From Elusimicrobiota bacterium (GTDB taxonomy: Bacteria > Elusimicrobiota > Elusimicrobia > Elusimicrobiales > UBA9959), in contig JAINCQ010000028.1 in assembly GCA_036574205.1 (NCBI GenBank), positions 32,001-96,000 on the forward strand: 64,000 nt of DNA, in the 5' to 3' direction. How positions within the stretch are numbered: position 1 is the first letter of the stretch; every line of letters starts with the position of its first letter. Shown here piece by piece: positions 52,668 to 61,524 of the stretch. The notes below the pieces were generated by a model that had not been told where the DNA came from, made no database searches, and saw nothing but the letters and a program-made list of their open reading frames with translations. A program made the translations under genes and the position numbers.

Positions 52668-53608
52668 CTGATTATATTCATTACCTTTTTAAATGTTTCT
52701 ATATCTATTATCTGTTTTGTGTCTATTAGCGATTTTTCCGGGGTTATGCTTGTTTCAACCATAACTCCATCAGATATTCCTGCCGTTTTAGCTGCAAAGT
52801 TTATAACTTTTTTCCTGTCTTTTGCGCTATGGCTTAAATCGGCGATTATTGGTATTTTCAACTCTTTTTTTATTCTTTTTATTATCTCTAAATTTATTGA
52901 TGCAATCCCATCTGAAAGATTATCTCCCCTTTCACATAAAATTATTTTCTTTGCGCCATATTTTAAAATATATTCAGCGGAATATAAAAATTCTCTTAAA
53001 TTAGATTTTGGCTGCCTTTTTAAAAGAACCGGTAAACCTGAAGCTGCTGCTTCTTTTAAAAGCACATAGTTTTTCATATTTCTTGCGCCTATCTGGATTA
53101 TATCGCATACTCCTGTTAATTTATCAATAACTCTATAATCCATAACTTCCATCACAAATGGGACTTTTAATTTTTTTCTTGCCTCTTTTAATTTTGAAAT
53201 TCCTTTTTTACCAAACCCTTCCCATCCATAGGGTGAGCTCCTTGGCTTAAACAAAGGCGCCCTTATAGCGTCAACTCCAAGTTTTTTAAGTTCAAAGCCA
53301 GTTTTAATGAAGATATCCCAGTCATCTATAACACATGGCCCTGCTATAATAATTTTTTTTAGCGGGTTTATCGGATACTTAAAACGATATTTATATGAAT
53401 AGACAAGTGGAAGCAGTTCATGGTTTTTAGCTTCTATTTTTTTAACTCCCTTTATATTTTCAAGTCTTGGGAAAATATTATAAACATATCCTGCTTTAAA
53501 GTTTTTCACTAAAAATTCACGGTTTTTATGTATTAAAATTAATTTGGGATCTATTTTTTTAATTTCCTCTGCTATCTTTTTCGGATTCCCATAAAATGTT
53601 ATTCTCAT
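52664..53608 (-). CDS. aroF: DAHP synthase, class I-beta
   Basis: IAGPC, FKPRSSPY, QIGARNM, VLLKR, LCERG, DLSH. Confidence 0.88.
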   Translation of the reverse strand: MRITFYGNPKKIAEEIKKIDPKLILIHKNREFLVKNFKAGYVYNIFPRLENIKGVKKIEAKNHELLPLVYSYKYRFKYPINPLKKIIIAGPCVIDDWDIFIKTGFELKKLGVDAIRAPLFKPRSSPYGWEGFGKKGISKLKEARKKLKVPFVMEVMDYRVIDKLTGVCDIIQIGARNMKNYVLLKEAAASGLPVLLKRQPKSNLREFLYSAEYILKYGAKKIILCERGDNLSDGIASINLEIIKRIKKELKIPIIADLSHSAKDRKKVINFAAKTAGISDGVMVETSITPEKSLIDTKQIIDIETFKKVMNIIR

Positions 53609-53862
53609 TTTTGTAACTCTCTGGATTTTTTTATTATAACTGAAAAAATCTGTGAGATTTCATTTTTATATTTCCCTGCGTTTTTTTTAACATTTGTCAT
53701 AACTTTTTTTTCTCTTGCTTTATCTGTTATTTTTAAACCAATTTTTTTCTTTACATCTCCTATCCTGGAAGATAAGTTAAATCTTTTTTTCAAAAGTTTT
53801 ACCAGTTTGATATCTATTAAATCTATTTTCATTCTTAAATCTTTTATTTTATGTTTTACCAT
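53605..53862 (-). CDS. Monofunctional chorismate mutase (AroQ class)
   Basis: LRMKIDLID..LVKLLKKR...IGDVK......D.ARE...SRELQ. Confidence 0.88.
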   Translation of the reverse strand: MVKHKIKDLRMKIDLIDIKLVKLLKKRFNLSSRIGDVKKKIGLKITDKAREKKVMTNVKKNAGKYKNEISQIFSVIIKKSRELQK

Positions 53863-54529
53863 AGTTTAAAACAAGTCTTTTTATGTGCGGAGAATTTATA
53901 ATTTTATTAATTCTAAAATAAGAGTTTTCTTTTAAATAAATAATTTCTCCGCTTTTTTCCTCTTCTAATTTTATAACATTTTTATCAATACAGCTATATT
54001 TACAGTTTCCTATTTTATACTCATATGGGCAAAACCTTGTCATTGCAAGATACTCAAATGGATAATAGTATGATAAAGGTATTTTTGAGTCTTTTAATTT
54101 TTTAACGATAAATTCTTCATCTGTTTCTACATATTTTATTCGATATTTTTTTATGAAATTTGAGAGAAAATTTATGTCCATCCTTAGATAATCATGCGAA
54201 ATCGGCCTTGACAAAAGGACTTCAACCATAAATTCCCTTCTTCTTATTTCGTTTATAAATCCTATATCAGTGGCTGAGACCTCAACCTGAATTTTTGATT
54301 TTGTTAGTTTATTTAAGAGTAATATTGCTTTTTTTACATTGTTGTCATTCATAAGAGAGGTTGCAATAGTTAAATTTTTAATTCCATTTTCGTAAAGAAA
54401 TTTTATGTGTTTAAAATCTGGAATAAGGTTAGCGCAAAAATTAGAGCCAGTATAGACTCTATCAAATTTTTTTAAGTATTTTATATTAAGATTATCAAAA
54501 GGATTTATTAAAATTGCTTTTTCTAACAT
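53849..54529 (-). CDS. U32-family protein, UbiV-like
   Basis: DRVYTGSNFC, DIG, LAMTRFC-x8-C-x3-C: one N-terminal plus three C-terminal Cys. Confidence 0.6.
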   Translation of the reverse strand: MLEKAILINPFDNLNIKYLKKFDRVYTGSNFCANLIPDFKHIKFLYENGIKNLTIATSLMNDNNVKKAILLLNKLTKSKIQVEVSATDIGFINEIRRREFMVEVLLSRPISHDYLRMDINFLSNFIKKYRIKYVETDEEFIVKKLKDSKIPLSYYYPFEYLAMTRFCPYEYKIGNCKYSCIDKNVIKLEEEKSGEIIYLKENSYFRINKIINSPHIKRLVLNYGKT

Positions 54530-55362
54530 ATAAACCTGTATTTTAAAGAGAGTTTTTTGTAAATTTTATCATAGTCATTGACTGCTTTTAGCGCCTGGGA
54601 TAAAAATTCATCTTCAGTTTTGGCTTTTTCCGCAATAGCTGAGATAAGCTTTGCTTCGGAAAATATTAGTTGTGTAAGATTAAACAGAGGGGATCTGCCT
54701 ATTTTAACTATATTTACCCCAAGTTTATAAAACCTGTAAAATTGTCTTAATCTTTCCCTTGTAGAATATGTTGTCATTCTAAATATTTTCCCATCGTTTA
54801 AATAGGTTTTAAGACAAGCTGTTGAATCTTCTCCATGGCAGTTTAAAAAACATATCCCGTTAAACATCTTACAAGTTTCTCTATGTTTTATAAACATTTC
54901 AGTTTCTATTTGTTTTATTATATTTTTTGCTTCTTCCGGGGTTATTTGTTCACATAGCGCTATTCTTTTAATGCCGTAATTTTTGAAAAACTTAAGTGAA
55001 TATGAATTGAGGCATAGGCTAAGCGTTGAAAGAATTGTAAAAAGTTTTAATTTTCTTTTTTTCAACTCCTCAAAAATTGCTATATCTTTGATTATAAAAC
55101 CGTCAACCCCAGCCTCAGCTAGTTCTTCTATGGCTTTTATTGCTTCCCAGATTATTTCCCCCTGAACTTCGTTTGCCACATAAAAAAGTTTTTTCCTGCC
55201 CAATAATTTCTTTGCTTCTATAAAATCTTTTTGTTTTGAAAAGTTTGGCGCTTTTTCCACATGAGATGGTATATACGAAAGTCCGCAGTAAAATTCATCA
55301 GCGCCAAGTTTAAGGAATTTTTCTATTTCCTTTAAAGTTCCGGCTCCAACCTGGATAATCAT
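54523..55362 (-). CDS. U32-family Fe-S protein, UbiU/TrhP/RlhA-like
   Basis: GADEFYCG, GVDGFIIKD, ILST....N, GIKRIAL, ETEMF..C-x6-C-x3-C-x7-C, GVNIVKIGR. Confidence 0.8.
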   Translation of the reverse strand: MIIQVGAGTLKEIEKFLKLGADEFYCGLSYIPSHVEKAPNFSKQKDFIEAKKLLGRKKLFYVANEVQGEIIWEAIKAIEELAEAGVDGFIIKDIAIFEELKKRKLKLFTILSTLSLCLNSYSLKFFKNYGIKRIALCEQITPEEAKNIIKQIETEMFIKHRETCKMFNGICFLNCHGEDSTACLKTYLNDGKIFRMTTYSTRERLRQFYRFYKLGVNIVKIGRSPLFNLTQLIFSEAKLISAIAEKAKTEDEFLSQALKAVNDYDKIYKKLSLKYRFIC

Positions 55363-55398
55363 AACTAAATTCTATAAAATTTATGTAAAATATTGTTT

Positions 55399-55800
55399 AT
55401 GGAAGATAAGATTTTTGTAATTGCGGTAGATGATGATGATGTAATACTTGATATGTATAAGGGGGGACTTGTAAATTATGATGTTATGGTTTTTGACGAG
55501 CCTAAAAAAGCAAGGGAGTATCTTTTTGCAGGGAACAGAAAGCCTGATATAATCCTTATGGATATAATGATGCCTTCAGTGGATGGTATAACACTTATAA
55601 GGGAGATACATTCAAGCGATAAACTTTGCGACATTCCCATAGTAGCTGTAAGCGGGCTTTCTGATGCCGCCACATTAAACGATGCTATGCTTTTTGGCGC
55701 TGTGGATTATATTATAAAACCATTTGATATTGTTGAACTTTCAAACAGGATTAGGTCAATAGTAAAAAAATATAAAAACAGGAAGATGGAGGAAAGATGA
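55399..55800 (+). CDS. Single-domain response regulator
   Basis: VDDD, LMDIMMPSVDG, VSG, IIKPF. Confidence 0.92.
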   Translation: MEDKIFVIAVDDDDVILDMYKGGLVNYDVMVFDEPKKAREYLFAGNRKPDIILMDIMMPSVDGITLIREIHSSDKLCDIPIVAVSGLSDAATLNDAMLFGAVDYIIKPFDIVELSNRIRSIVKKYKNRKMEER

Positions 55801-56963
55801 ATATTTTAGGGTTATTTGGAAAAACCGAGGATGGTTCGACAGAAAGGCTTATTCAGTATTCTTTCTTATATTTTGCTTTTTATGTAATTTATACAATGCT
55901 TACTAAAAGACTTCAGGAGCTTTATAAACTTAGTGGAACTACTTTTACAGTGTATAATACTATCGGGGGGATGCTAATTTGCATATTGGTTGTGATAGTT
56001 TTGAAGTGGTATAAATTTAAATCTTCAACTTATATAAAGTTTTTAGGTATTAATATGCCTAAAGAGTTTTTATATATAATACCATCCGGGGTTTGCACTG
56101 CTATTATTATTCCCACAACAACCCTTATGTATACTCTCCCAATTTCAGTTATGGTTGCTATGATAATAATGAGGGCAAGCATTATAATTATAAGCAGGGT
56201 TATAGATCAGATTCAGATATGGCAGGGGATATTAAAAAAGAAAGTTTACTGGGAAGAAAATGTGGGTTCTATATTTGCCATTTTAGCTTTAAGCGTTCAG
56301 TTATTTATAAAAATTCATACAGGGGATGATTTTAGGATTGATTTTTTTAAGGTAAATCCCGGAGATTTTGATTTTATCAGAAATAATGCTGCAATGATGA
56401 TTCTTACTTTTTATCTTGGAGCTTATACTATCAGGCTTTACATAATGAATTATTATAAAAACACAAGACCAAAAGGCGCTGTTTATGATACGAAAGGTTT
56501 CTTTGCGATAGAGCAGATAGCAAGCACTGTAGCAATACTTCTGGCAGGTTTTCTTTATTATTATTTTGCTGAAGTTGATACAACTGTTGAAGGCTATAGC
56601 AAAACCTTTGCTTATCAATATAAATTTTCTTTTGATAATGTGCCTGAGAAATGGGGGATGATTGTTGCAAGTGGAATCCCTTTTGGTATGGCAGCCTTTT
56701 TTTCAGTATTTTTATTTATGTTTAAAGGAAGAACAGCAACCTTTGCCGGGCTTGTAAATAGAATAACCTCTCTACTTGCGGGAACCTTTTCTACAATATT
56801 GTTATGGCTTTTCTTTAATAAGAAGGCGCCTAAAAATGAGGATTGGATAGCTCTCATCCTTGTTTTTATTGCTATATATTTTCTTGGAAAAGGCGAAAAG
56901 AGGAGAGCCTGTGAACTTATTTCAAACAAAGAAATAGGAACGACAACAGTTAAATGTAACTAA
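55797..56963 (+). CDS. Multi-pass membrane protein (about 10 TM), possible DMT-type transporter
   Basis: 388 aa, many hydrophobic helices, coupled to the response regulator by ATGA overlap. Confidence 0.6.
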   Translation: MNILGLFGKTEDGSTERLIQYSFLYFAFYVIYTMLTKRLQELYKLSGTTFTVYNTIGGMLICILVVIVLKWYKFKSSTYIKFLGINMPKEFLYIIPSGVCTAIIIPTTTLMYTLPISVMVAMIIMRASIIIISRVIDQIQIWQGILKKKVYWEENVGSIFAILALSVQLFIKIHTGDDFRIDFFKVNPGDFDFIRNNAAMMILTFYLGAYTIRLYIMNYYKNTRPKGAVYDTKGFFAIEQIASTVAILLAGFLYYYFAEVDTTVEGYSKTFAYQYKFSFDNVPEKWGMIVASGIPFGMAAFFSVFLFMFKGRTATFAGLVNRITSLLAGTFSTILLWLFFNKKAPKNEDWIALILVFIAIYFLGKGEKRRACELISNKEIGTTTVKCN

Positions 56964-56988
56964 AATTGATTATGTAGAGGTATATTAA

Positions 56989-58314
56989 ATGAAAAATAAT
57001 CGAGTAAATATAGTTGTTATCGGAACGGGATATGTGGGGCTTGTAAGCGGAACGTGTTTTGCGGAGATGGGGCATAGAGTTGTATGTGTGGATAATAATG
57101 AAAATAAAATAAAACTTTTAAAAAAGCTTAAAATGCCGATTTATGAGGAAGGGCTTAAAGAACTTGTAGAAAAAAATGTAAAAGCAAAAAATCTTTTTTT
57201 CACCACAAGCATAAAAGAAGCGATGAGTTTTGAAGGTAAAATAGCTGAGGCTGTTTTTATAGCAGTTGGAACTCCCCCCCGGGATGATGGCTCCGCAGAT
57301 TTAAGCGCTGTTGAGAAAGTAAGCGCTGAGGTTGCTGTCAATATGCAAGATTATACTGTTATAGTGGAGAAGTCTACTGTTCCAGTTGAAACATGCTTGT
57401 GGATTGAAAAGACTATAAAACGATACAATAAGAAGAATATTCCATTTGATGTATGTTCAAATCCAGAATTTTTGAAAGAAGGTGTTGCAATAAATGATTT
57501 CTTAAAACCGGACAGGATTGTTATTGGAGTTCCCTCAAAAAGAGCAGAAGAACTTTTAAGAAAAATATATAAACCGCTTTCAAAATATCCAATGCTTATT
57601 ACAGATGTAAAAAGCGCTGAGATTATCAAACATGCCTCAAATTCTTTCCTTTCCACAAAAATATCCTTTATTAACGCAGTTGCCAGATTATGCGAAAAGA
57701 CTGGAGCAAATATAGATGATGTCGCAAAAGGAATGGGGCTTGACAAAAGAATTGGTCCTGATTTCTTGAAAGCTGGAATAGGATTTGGCGGATTTTGTTT
57801 TCCAAAGGACCTTGAAGCGTTTTACTGGCTTAGCAAGCAAAGGGGGTATGAATTTAATTTATTGAAAGAGGTAAAGAAAATAAATGATGAACAAAAAAAC
57901 TGGATGGTGGAAAAGGTGGAATCTGAACTATGGAATATAAAGGGGAAAACAGTTGCAATCCTTGGCCTTGCTTTTAAACCGAAGACAGATGATATGAGAT
58001 TTGCGCCATCAATAGATATTATAAATTCTCTTTTGGATAAAGGCGCTGTTATTAAAGCTTATGATCCAATAGCGGTTGAAAACGCAAAAAAAATATTTGG
58101 GAAAAAGATATATTATGCTAAAGACCCTTATGATTGTATTAAAGATGTTGATTGTATATGTCTTGTTACTGAATGGGATGAGTTTAAGACTCTTGATTTT
58201 GAAAAGATTAAAAAGATAGCAAAGCATCCTATAATTATAGATGGAAGAAATTTTTATTCTCCACAGAAAATAAGAGATATGGGATTCACTTATATATCTG
58301 TTGGAAGACCATAA
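56989..58314 (+). CDS. ugd: UDP-glucose 6-dehydrogenase
   Basis: GTGYVG, KSTVP, SNPEFL, GFGGFCFPKD, GLAFKPKTDD, DGRN. Confidence 0.95.
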   Translation: MKNNRVNIVVIGTGYVGLVSGTCFAEMGHRVVCVDNNENKIKLLKKLKMPIYEEGLKELVEKNVKAKNLFFTTSIKEAMSFEGKIAEAVFIAVGTPPRDDGSADLSAVEKVSAEVAVNMQDYTVIVEKSTVPVETCLWIEKTIKRYNKKNIPFDVCSNPEFLKEGVAINDFLKPDRIVIGVPSKRAEELLRKIYKPLSKYPMLITDVKSAEIIKHASNSFLSTKISFINAVARLCEKTGANIDDVAKGMGLDKRIGPDFLKAGIGFGGFCFPKDLEAFYWLSKQRGYEFNLLKEVKKINDEQKNWMVEKVESELWNIKGKTVAILGLAFKPKTDDMRFAPSIDIINSLLDKGAVIKAYDPIAVENAKKIFGKKIYYAKDPYDCIKDVDCICLVTEWDEFKTLDFEKIKKIAKHPIIIDGRNFYSPQKIRDMGFTYISVGRP

Positions 58315-58379
58315 TTTTTAAATAATTAATGAGATGATCCTTGAAAAAAAAGGTATTGTTAGATTTTAATGGAGGGGTA

Positions 58380-59312
58380 ATGAGAATTGTTATTACAGGT
58401 GGTTGCGGTTTTATAGGCAGTCATCTTTGCCGCTATTTTATCAATAAAGGGCATTATGTTGTCGCAATAGATAATTTATTGACTGGAAGAATTGAGAATG
58501 TAGAAGATCTTTTCCATACCGGGAGGTTTGAGTTTATAAAATACAATGTGACAAATTACATACATGTAAGTGGAAAGGTTGATGCCATTTTACATTTTGC
58601 AAGTCCTGCCAGCCCCATGGATTATCTGAAATATCCAATTGCAACCTTAAAGGTTGGCGCGCTTGGGACTCACAAAGCTCTTGGTTTTGCCAGAGAAAAA
58701 AAAGCTATATTTATGCTTGCCTCAACATCAGAGGTTTATGGCGATCCTCTTGTAAATCCACAACCTGAATCTTACTGGGGCAATGTAAATCCGACAGGTC
58801 CGCGTGGGGTTTATGACGAGGCTAAGAGATTTGCTGAAGCTATGACATTAGCTTATCACAGGTATCATAAAATGCCGGTCAGAATAGCAAGGATATTTAA
58901 TACTTATGGTCCAAATATGAGGGTTGATGATGGTAGGGCCATACCAAATTTTATAACTCAGGCATTAAAAAACAAACCACTAACGGTTTATGGAGATGGG
59001 ACACAGACAAGAAGTTTTTGCTATATTGATGATCTTGTTAATGGAATATATAAATTATTGATGAGTGATTTAAACGAGCCGGTTAATTTAGGAAACCCAC
59101 AAGAGATGACACTTCTTGAAGTTGTTAAAAAAATAAAAGAGATTACAAGAAGTAAATCAAAGATAGTTTTCAAAACCGCGATGGTTGATGACCCTAAGGT
59201 TAGAAGACCGGATATTACGCTTGCAAAAAAACGCCTCAAATGGGAACCAAAAGTTTTGTTTGAAGAAGGGCTTTTAAAAACAATTGAGTATTTCAAGAAA
59301 GAAATATTATAA
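58380..59312 (+). CDS. UDP-glucuronate decarboxylase (UDP-xylose synthase family)
   Basis: [47 protein letters not shown]. Confidence 0.92.
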   Translation: MRIVITGGCGFIGSHLCRYFINKGHYVVAIDNLLTGRIENVEDLFHTGRFEFIKYNVTNYIHVSGKVDAILHFASPASPMDYLKYPIATLKVGALGTHKALGFAREKKAIFMLASTSEVYGDPLVNPQPESYWGNVNPTGPRGVYDEAKRFAEAMTLAYHRYHKMPVRIARIFNTYGPNMRVDDGRAIPNFITQALKNKPLTVYGDGTQTRSFCYIDDLVNGIYKLLMSDLNEPVNLGNPQEMTLLEVVKKIKEITRSKSKIVFKTAMVDDPKVRRPDITLAKKRLKWEPKVLFEEGLLKTIEYFKKEIL

Positions 59313-59348
59313 TATTATTTGATGTGATGTTTTTGATATTTTGACGCA

Positions 59349-60113
59349 GTTTTGACGCAACAAAGATTTGGTCTTTGATATAATGAATTTACGAACAAAT
59401 TATCCAAATTTTTTGTTTTGACGCAACAAAGATTTGGTCTTTGATATAATGTAACGATAAAAAATCGTTACAAGTTCACTGTTTTGACGCAACAAAGATT
59501 TGGTCTTTGATATAATCCCTTGTGTTCAGATTGCTGACAAGACTCCGTTTTGACGCAACAAAGATTTGGTCTTTGATATAATTCTTAATTAAATTCAAAG
59601 TATAAGTATTATGTTTTGACGCAACAAAGATTTGGTCTTTGATATAATTTTTCACGATTTGCTCCCTATCGAAAATCCGTTTTGACGCAACAAAGATTTG
59701 GTCTTTGATATAATCGCTGGGGTTTAATGTGCAGTATAGAGACGCGTTTTGACGCAACAAAGATTTGGTCTTTGATATAATTTTATCAACATTTTATCAA
59801 CATTATTAACAGTTTTGACGCAACAAAGATTTGGTCTTTGATATAATTGACAACTATAAGAAATACGTAAGTGTTTTTGTTTTGACGCAACAAAGATTTG
59901 GTCTTTGATATAATCAAGACCCATATAAACGTTTTATCCTTCATGTTTTGACGCAACAAAGATTTGGTCTTTGATATAATTCAAAGGTTGTATAACGAAA
60001 TTGTATCAGCAGTTTTGACGCAACAAAGATTTGGTCTTTGATATAATATCAACATTATTAACACAAAATGGAATTATGTTTTGACGCAACAAAGATTTGG
60101 TCTTTGATATAAT
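59349..60113 (+). CRISPR. Type II-C CRISPR array: 12 identical 36-nt repeats GTTTTGACGCAACAAAGATTTGGTCTTTGATATAAT, 11 spacers of 30-31 nt
   Basis: Repeats start at 59349, 59415, 59481, 59547, 59613, 59679, 59746, 59812, 59879, 59945, 60012, 60078; adjacent to cas2; strand inferred from 5' GTTTT and 3' TGnTATAAT. Confidence 0.98.
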
Positions 60114-60133
60114 AGGATTTCATAGTAGTGATT

Positions 60134-60163
60134 TTGACAAAAATTTAGTAAAAATGTTAGAAT
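60134..60163 (+). promoter_or_regulatory. Probable tracrRNA promoter
   Basis: TTGACA-18 bp-TAGAAT with extended -10 TG directly before the anti-repeat. Confidence 0.6.
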
Positions 60164-60164
60164 T

Positions 60165-60231
60165 TCTTTGTTGCGTCTTAACATAAAAAGGAAATTCGGA
60201 CCTCTGCAATGCACGTCACGGATTATCCTTT
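60165..60231 (+). ncRNA. Putative tracrRNA (ends approximate)
   Basis: Anti-repeat TCTTTGTTGCGTC-TT-AAC complementary to repeat 5' GTT-TT-GACGCAACAAAGA, followed by long hairpin AAAGGA...TCCTTT. Confidence 0.75.
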
Positions 60232-60586
60232 ACCAGAATTGAAGTTGCTCATAGCTATTCGGGTTGTTTGCTATATTTCGTTTACTATCTTTTATTTTAT
60301 CTGAAATAGTTACCATCTGTCCCCATTGATTATCTGTTATAAAAAGACATTTTATACTTCCAGTATTTGGATTTATTTTTTTTAAATGAGATAAAAAACT
60401 TTCTTTTTTATCCAGTGTAACAGCAGCCCTTACATACACAGAGTATTGAAGCATCAGATAACCGGCATCTAATAAATCATTTCTAAATTTGGTGGCAAGT
60501 CTTCTTTCTTCTGCTGTATCTGTTGGTAAATCAAACATAACAAAAAGCCAGCCCATTCTATATTCACTCCTTTTATTTTTCTTCAT
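60230..60586 (-). CDS. cas2: CRISPR-associated endonuclease Cas2
   Basis: YRMGWLFVMFDLP, FRNDLL..GY.MLQYSVY, ITDNQW. Confidence 0.95.
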   Translation of the reverse strand: MKKNKRSEYRMGWLFVMFDLPTDTAEERRLATKFRNDLLDAGYLMLQYSVYVRAAVTLDKKESFLSHLKKINPNTGSIKCLFITDNQWGQMVTISDKIKDSKRNIANNPNSYEQLQFW

Positions 60587-61478
60587 AAATATGATCTATT
60601 TTAGGAATGTATAAAGCGCCGGGAAAAGCAGAATAAAAACAGTCTGCGACTGAAGATACATATCTATCTATTATCTTTGGCATTTTTAGTTTTTTACCAT
60701 TATATTTAAAAAGTAATGATGTAAATTTTTCAGCCACTACTTTAATAAATTCCCTTATATCTTTTTTAGGATTGTTTTTCTTAAATTCAAATAAAATTAA
60801 ATCACAAAATGGTCTTAGTGGCTCCATTAAATCATATAACAAAGGCTCTGATTTAAATCTATATTTATGATGAATTCCAAGTAATGGATTAAGCCCATGC
60901 GCTATTATTTCTCTATGGCAAAAAGCTCCCATAACAGCATAGGCATAATTCAGCATTTGATTGACTGGATGTTCTGCACCTTTCTTTTCTCTTTCTTTTG
61001 GTTTTTTATGCCCAAATTTAGAAAAATATTTTTTCCAGTAATGTCTTGCGCAATTTCCTTCATCTATATTATTGCTTTTTAAAATCTCATAAAGATTGTG
61101 AGTCACATTTAATTTATCTAAAACTTTTGCTTGATTTTCAATTTTTGCTTTTATTATTTTTTGCCATAAAGAGGAAGAAAATTTTTCATCTTTTTGTATT
61201 TGTTTTTCAAAAATTTGTGAATGGACTATGCCTGAAAATCCAGAAGTCTTTCCTATTGGTCGATAATTTTCATCGCAATGAATGATTACTGCTTTATTAT
61301 TGATTAAATGATTTAAACTTTCACCGGAAAAGGAAATACCTCTTGCAGCTACAATAACTGCTAAAATATCATTTAATGGTGCTCTTTTTTCTCCTTCTTC
61401 GCTTTTTAATACTAAAAATCCTCTATCTACTGAAAGATAACTATTATGGGTTAAGATATGTATTATATGATACGACAT
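60573..61478 (-). CDS. cas1: CRISPR-associated integrase Cas1 (type II)
   Basis: LWQKIIKAKIENQ, EG..ARHYW, NQMLNYAYAV, GIHH, YDLMEPLRP. Confidence 0.95.
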   Translation of the reverse strand: MSYHIIHILTHNSYLSVDRGFLVLKSEEGEKRAPLNDILAVIVAARGISFSGESLNHLINNKAVIIHCDENYRPIGKTSGFSGIVHSQIFEKQIQKDEKFSSSLWQKIIKAKIENQAKVLDKLNVTHNLYEILKSNNIDEGNCARHYWKKYFSKFGHKKPKEREKKGAEHPVNQMLNYAYAVMGAFCHREIIAHGLNPLLGIHHKYRFKSEPLLYDLMEPLRPFCDLILFEFKKNNPKKDIREFIKVVAEKFTSLLFKYNGKKLKMPKIIDRYVSSVADCFYSAFPGALYIPKIDHIYEEK

Positions 61479-61524
61479 TACTTATTTTGTAATGTCTTAT
61501 TTTATCAAAAATATTAAATTTTTT

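Noticed and set aside
53849..55362. Direct annotation as ubiU/ubiV or as collagenase-like proteases
   Set aside because: No ubiT/ubiA/ubiD context and different Cys spacing; the protease label for U32 is historical and unsupported here.
59318..59348. A 13th degenerate CRISPR repeat
   Set aside because: Only a 10-nt fragment (TTTTGACGCA) abuts repeat 1 with no spacer; not counted.
59476..59924. Two repetitive minus-strand ORFs (94 and 66 aa)
   Set aside because: They are translations of the CRISPR repeats.
59385..60077. Self-targeting spacers within this window
   Set aside because: No match noticed by eye; an alignment against the full genome is needed to exclude it.
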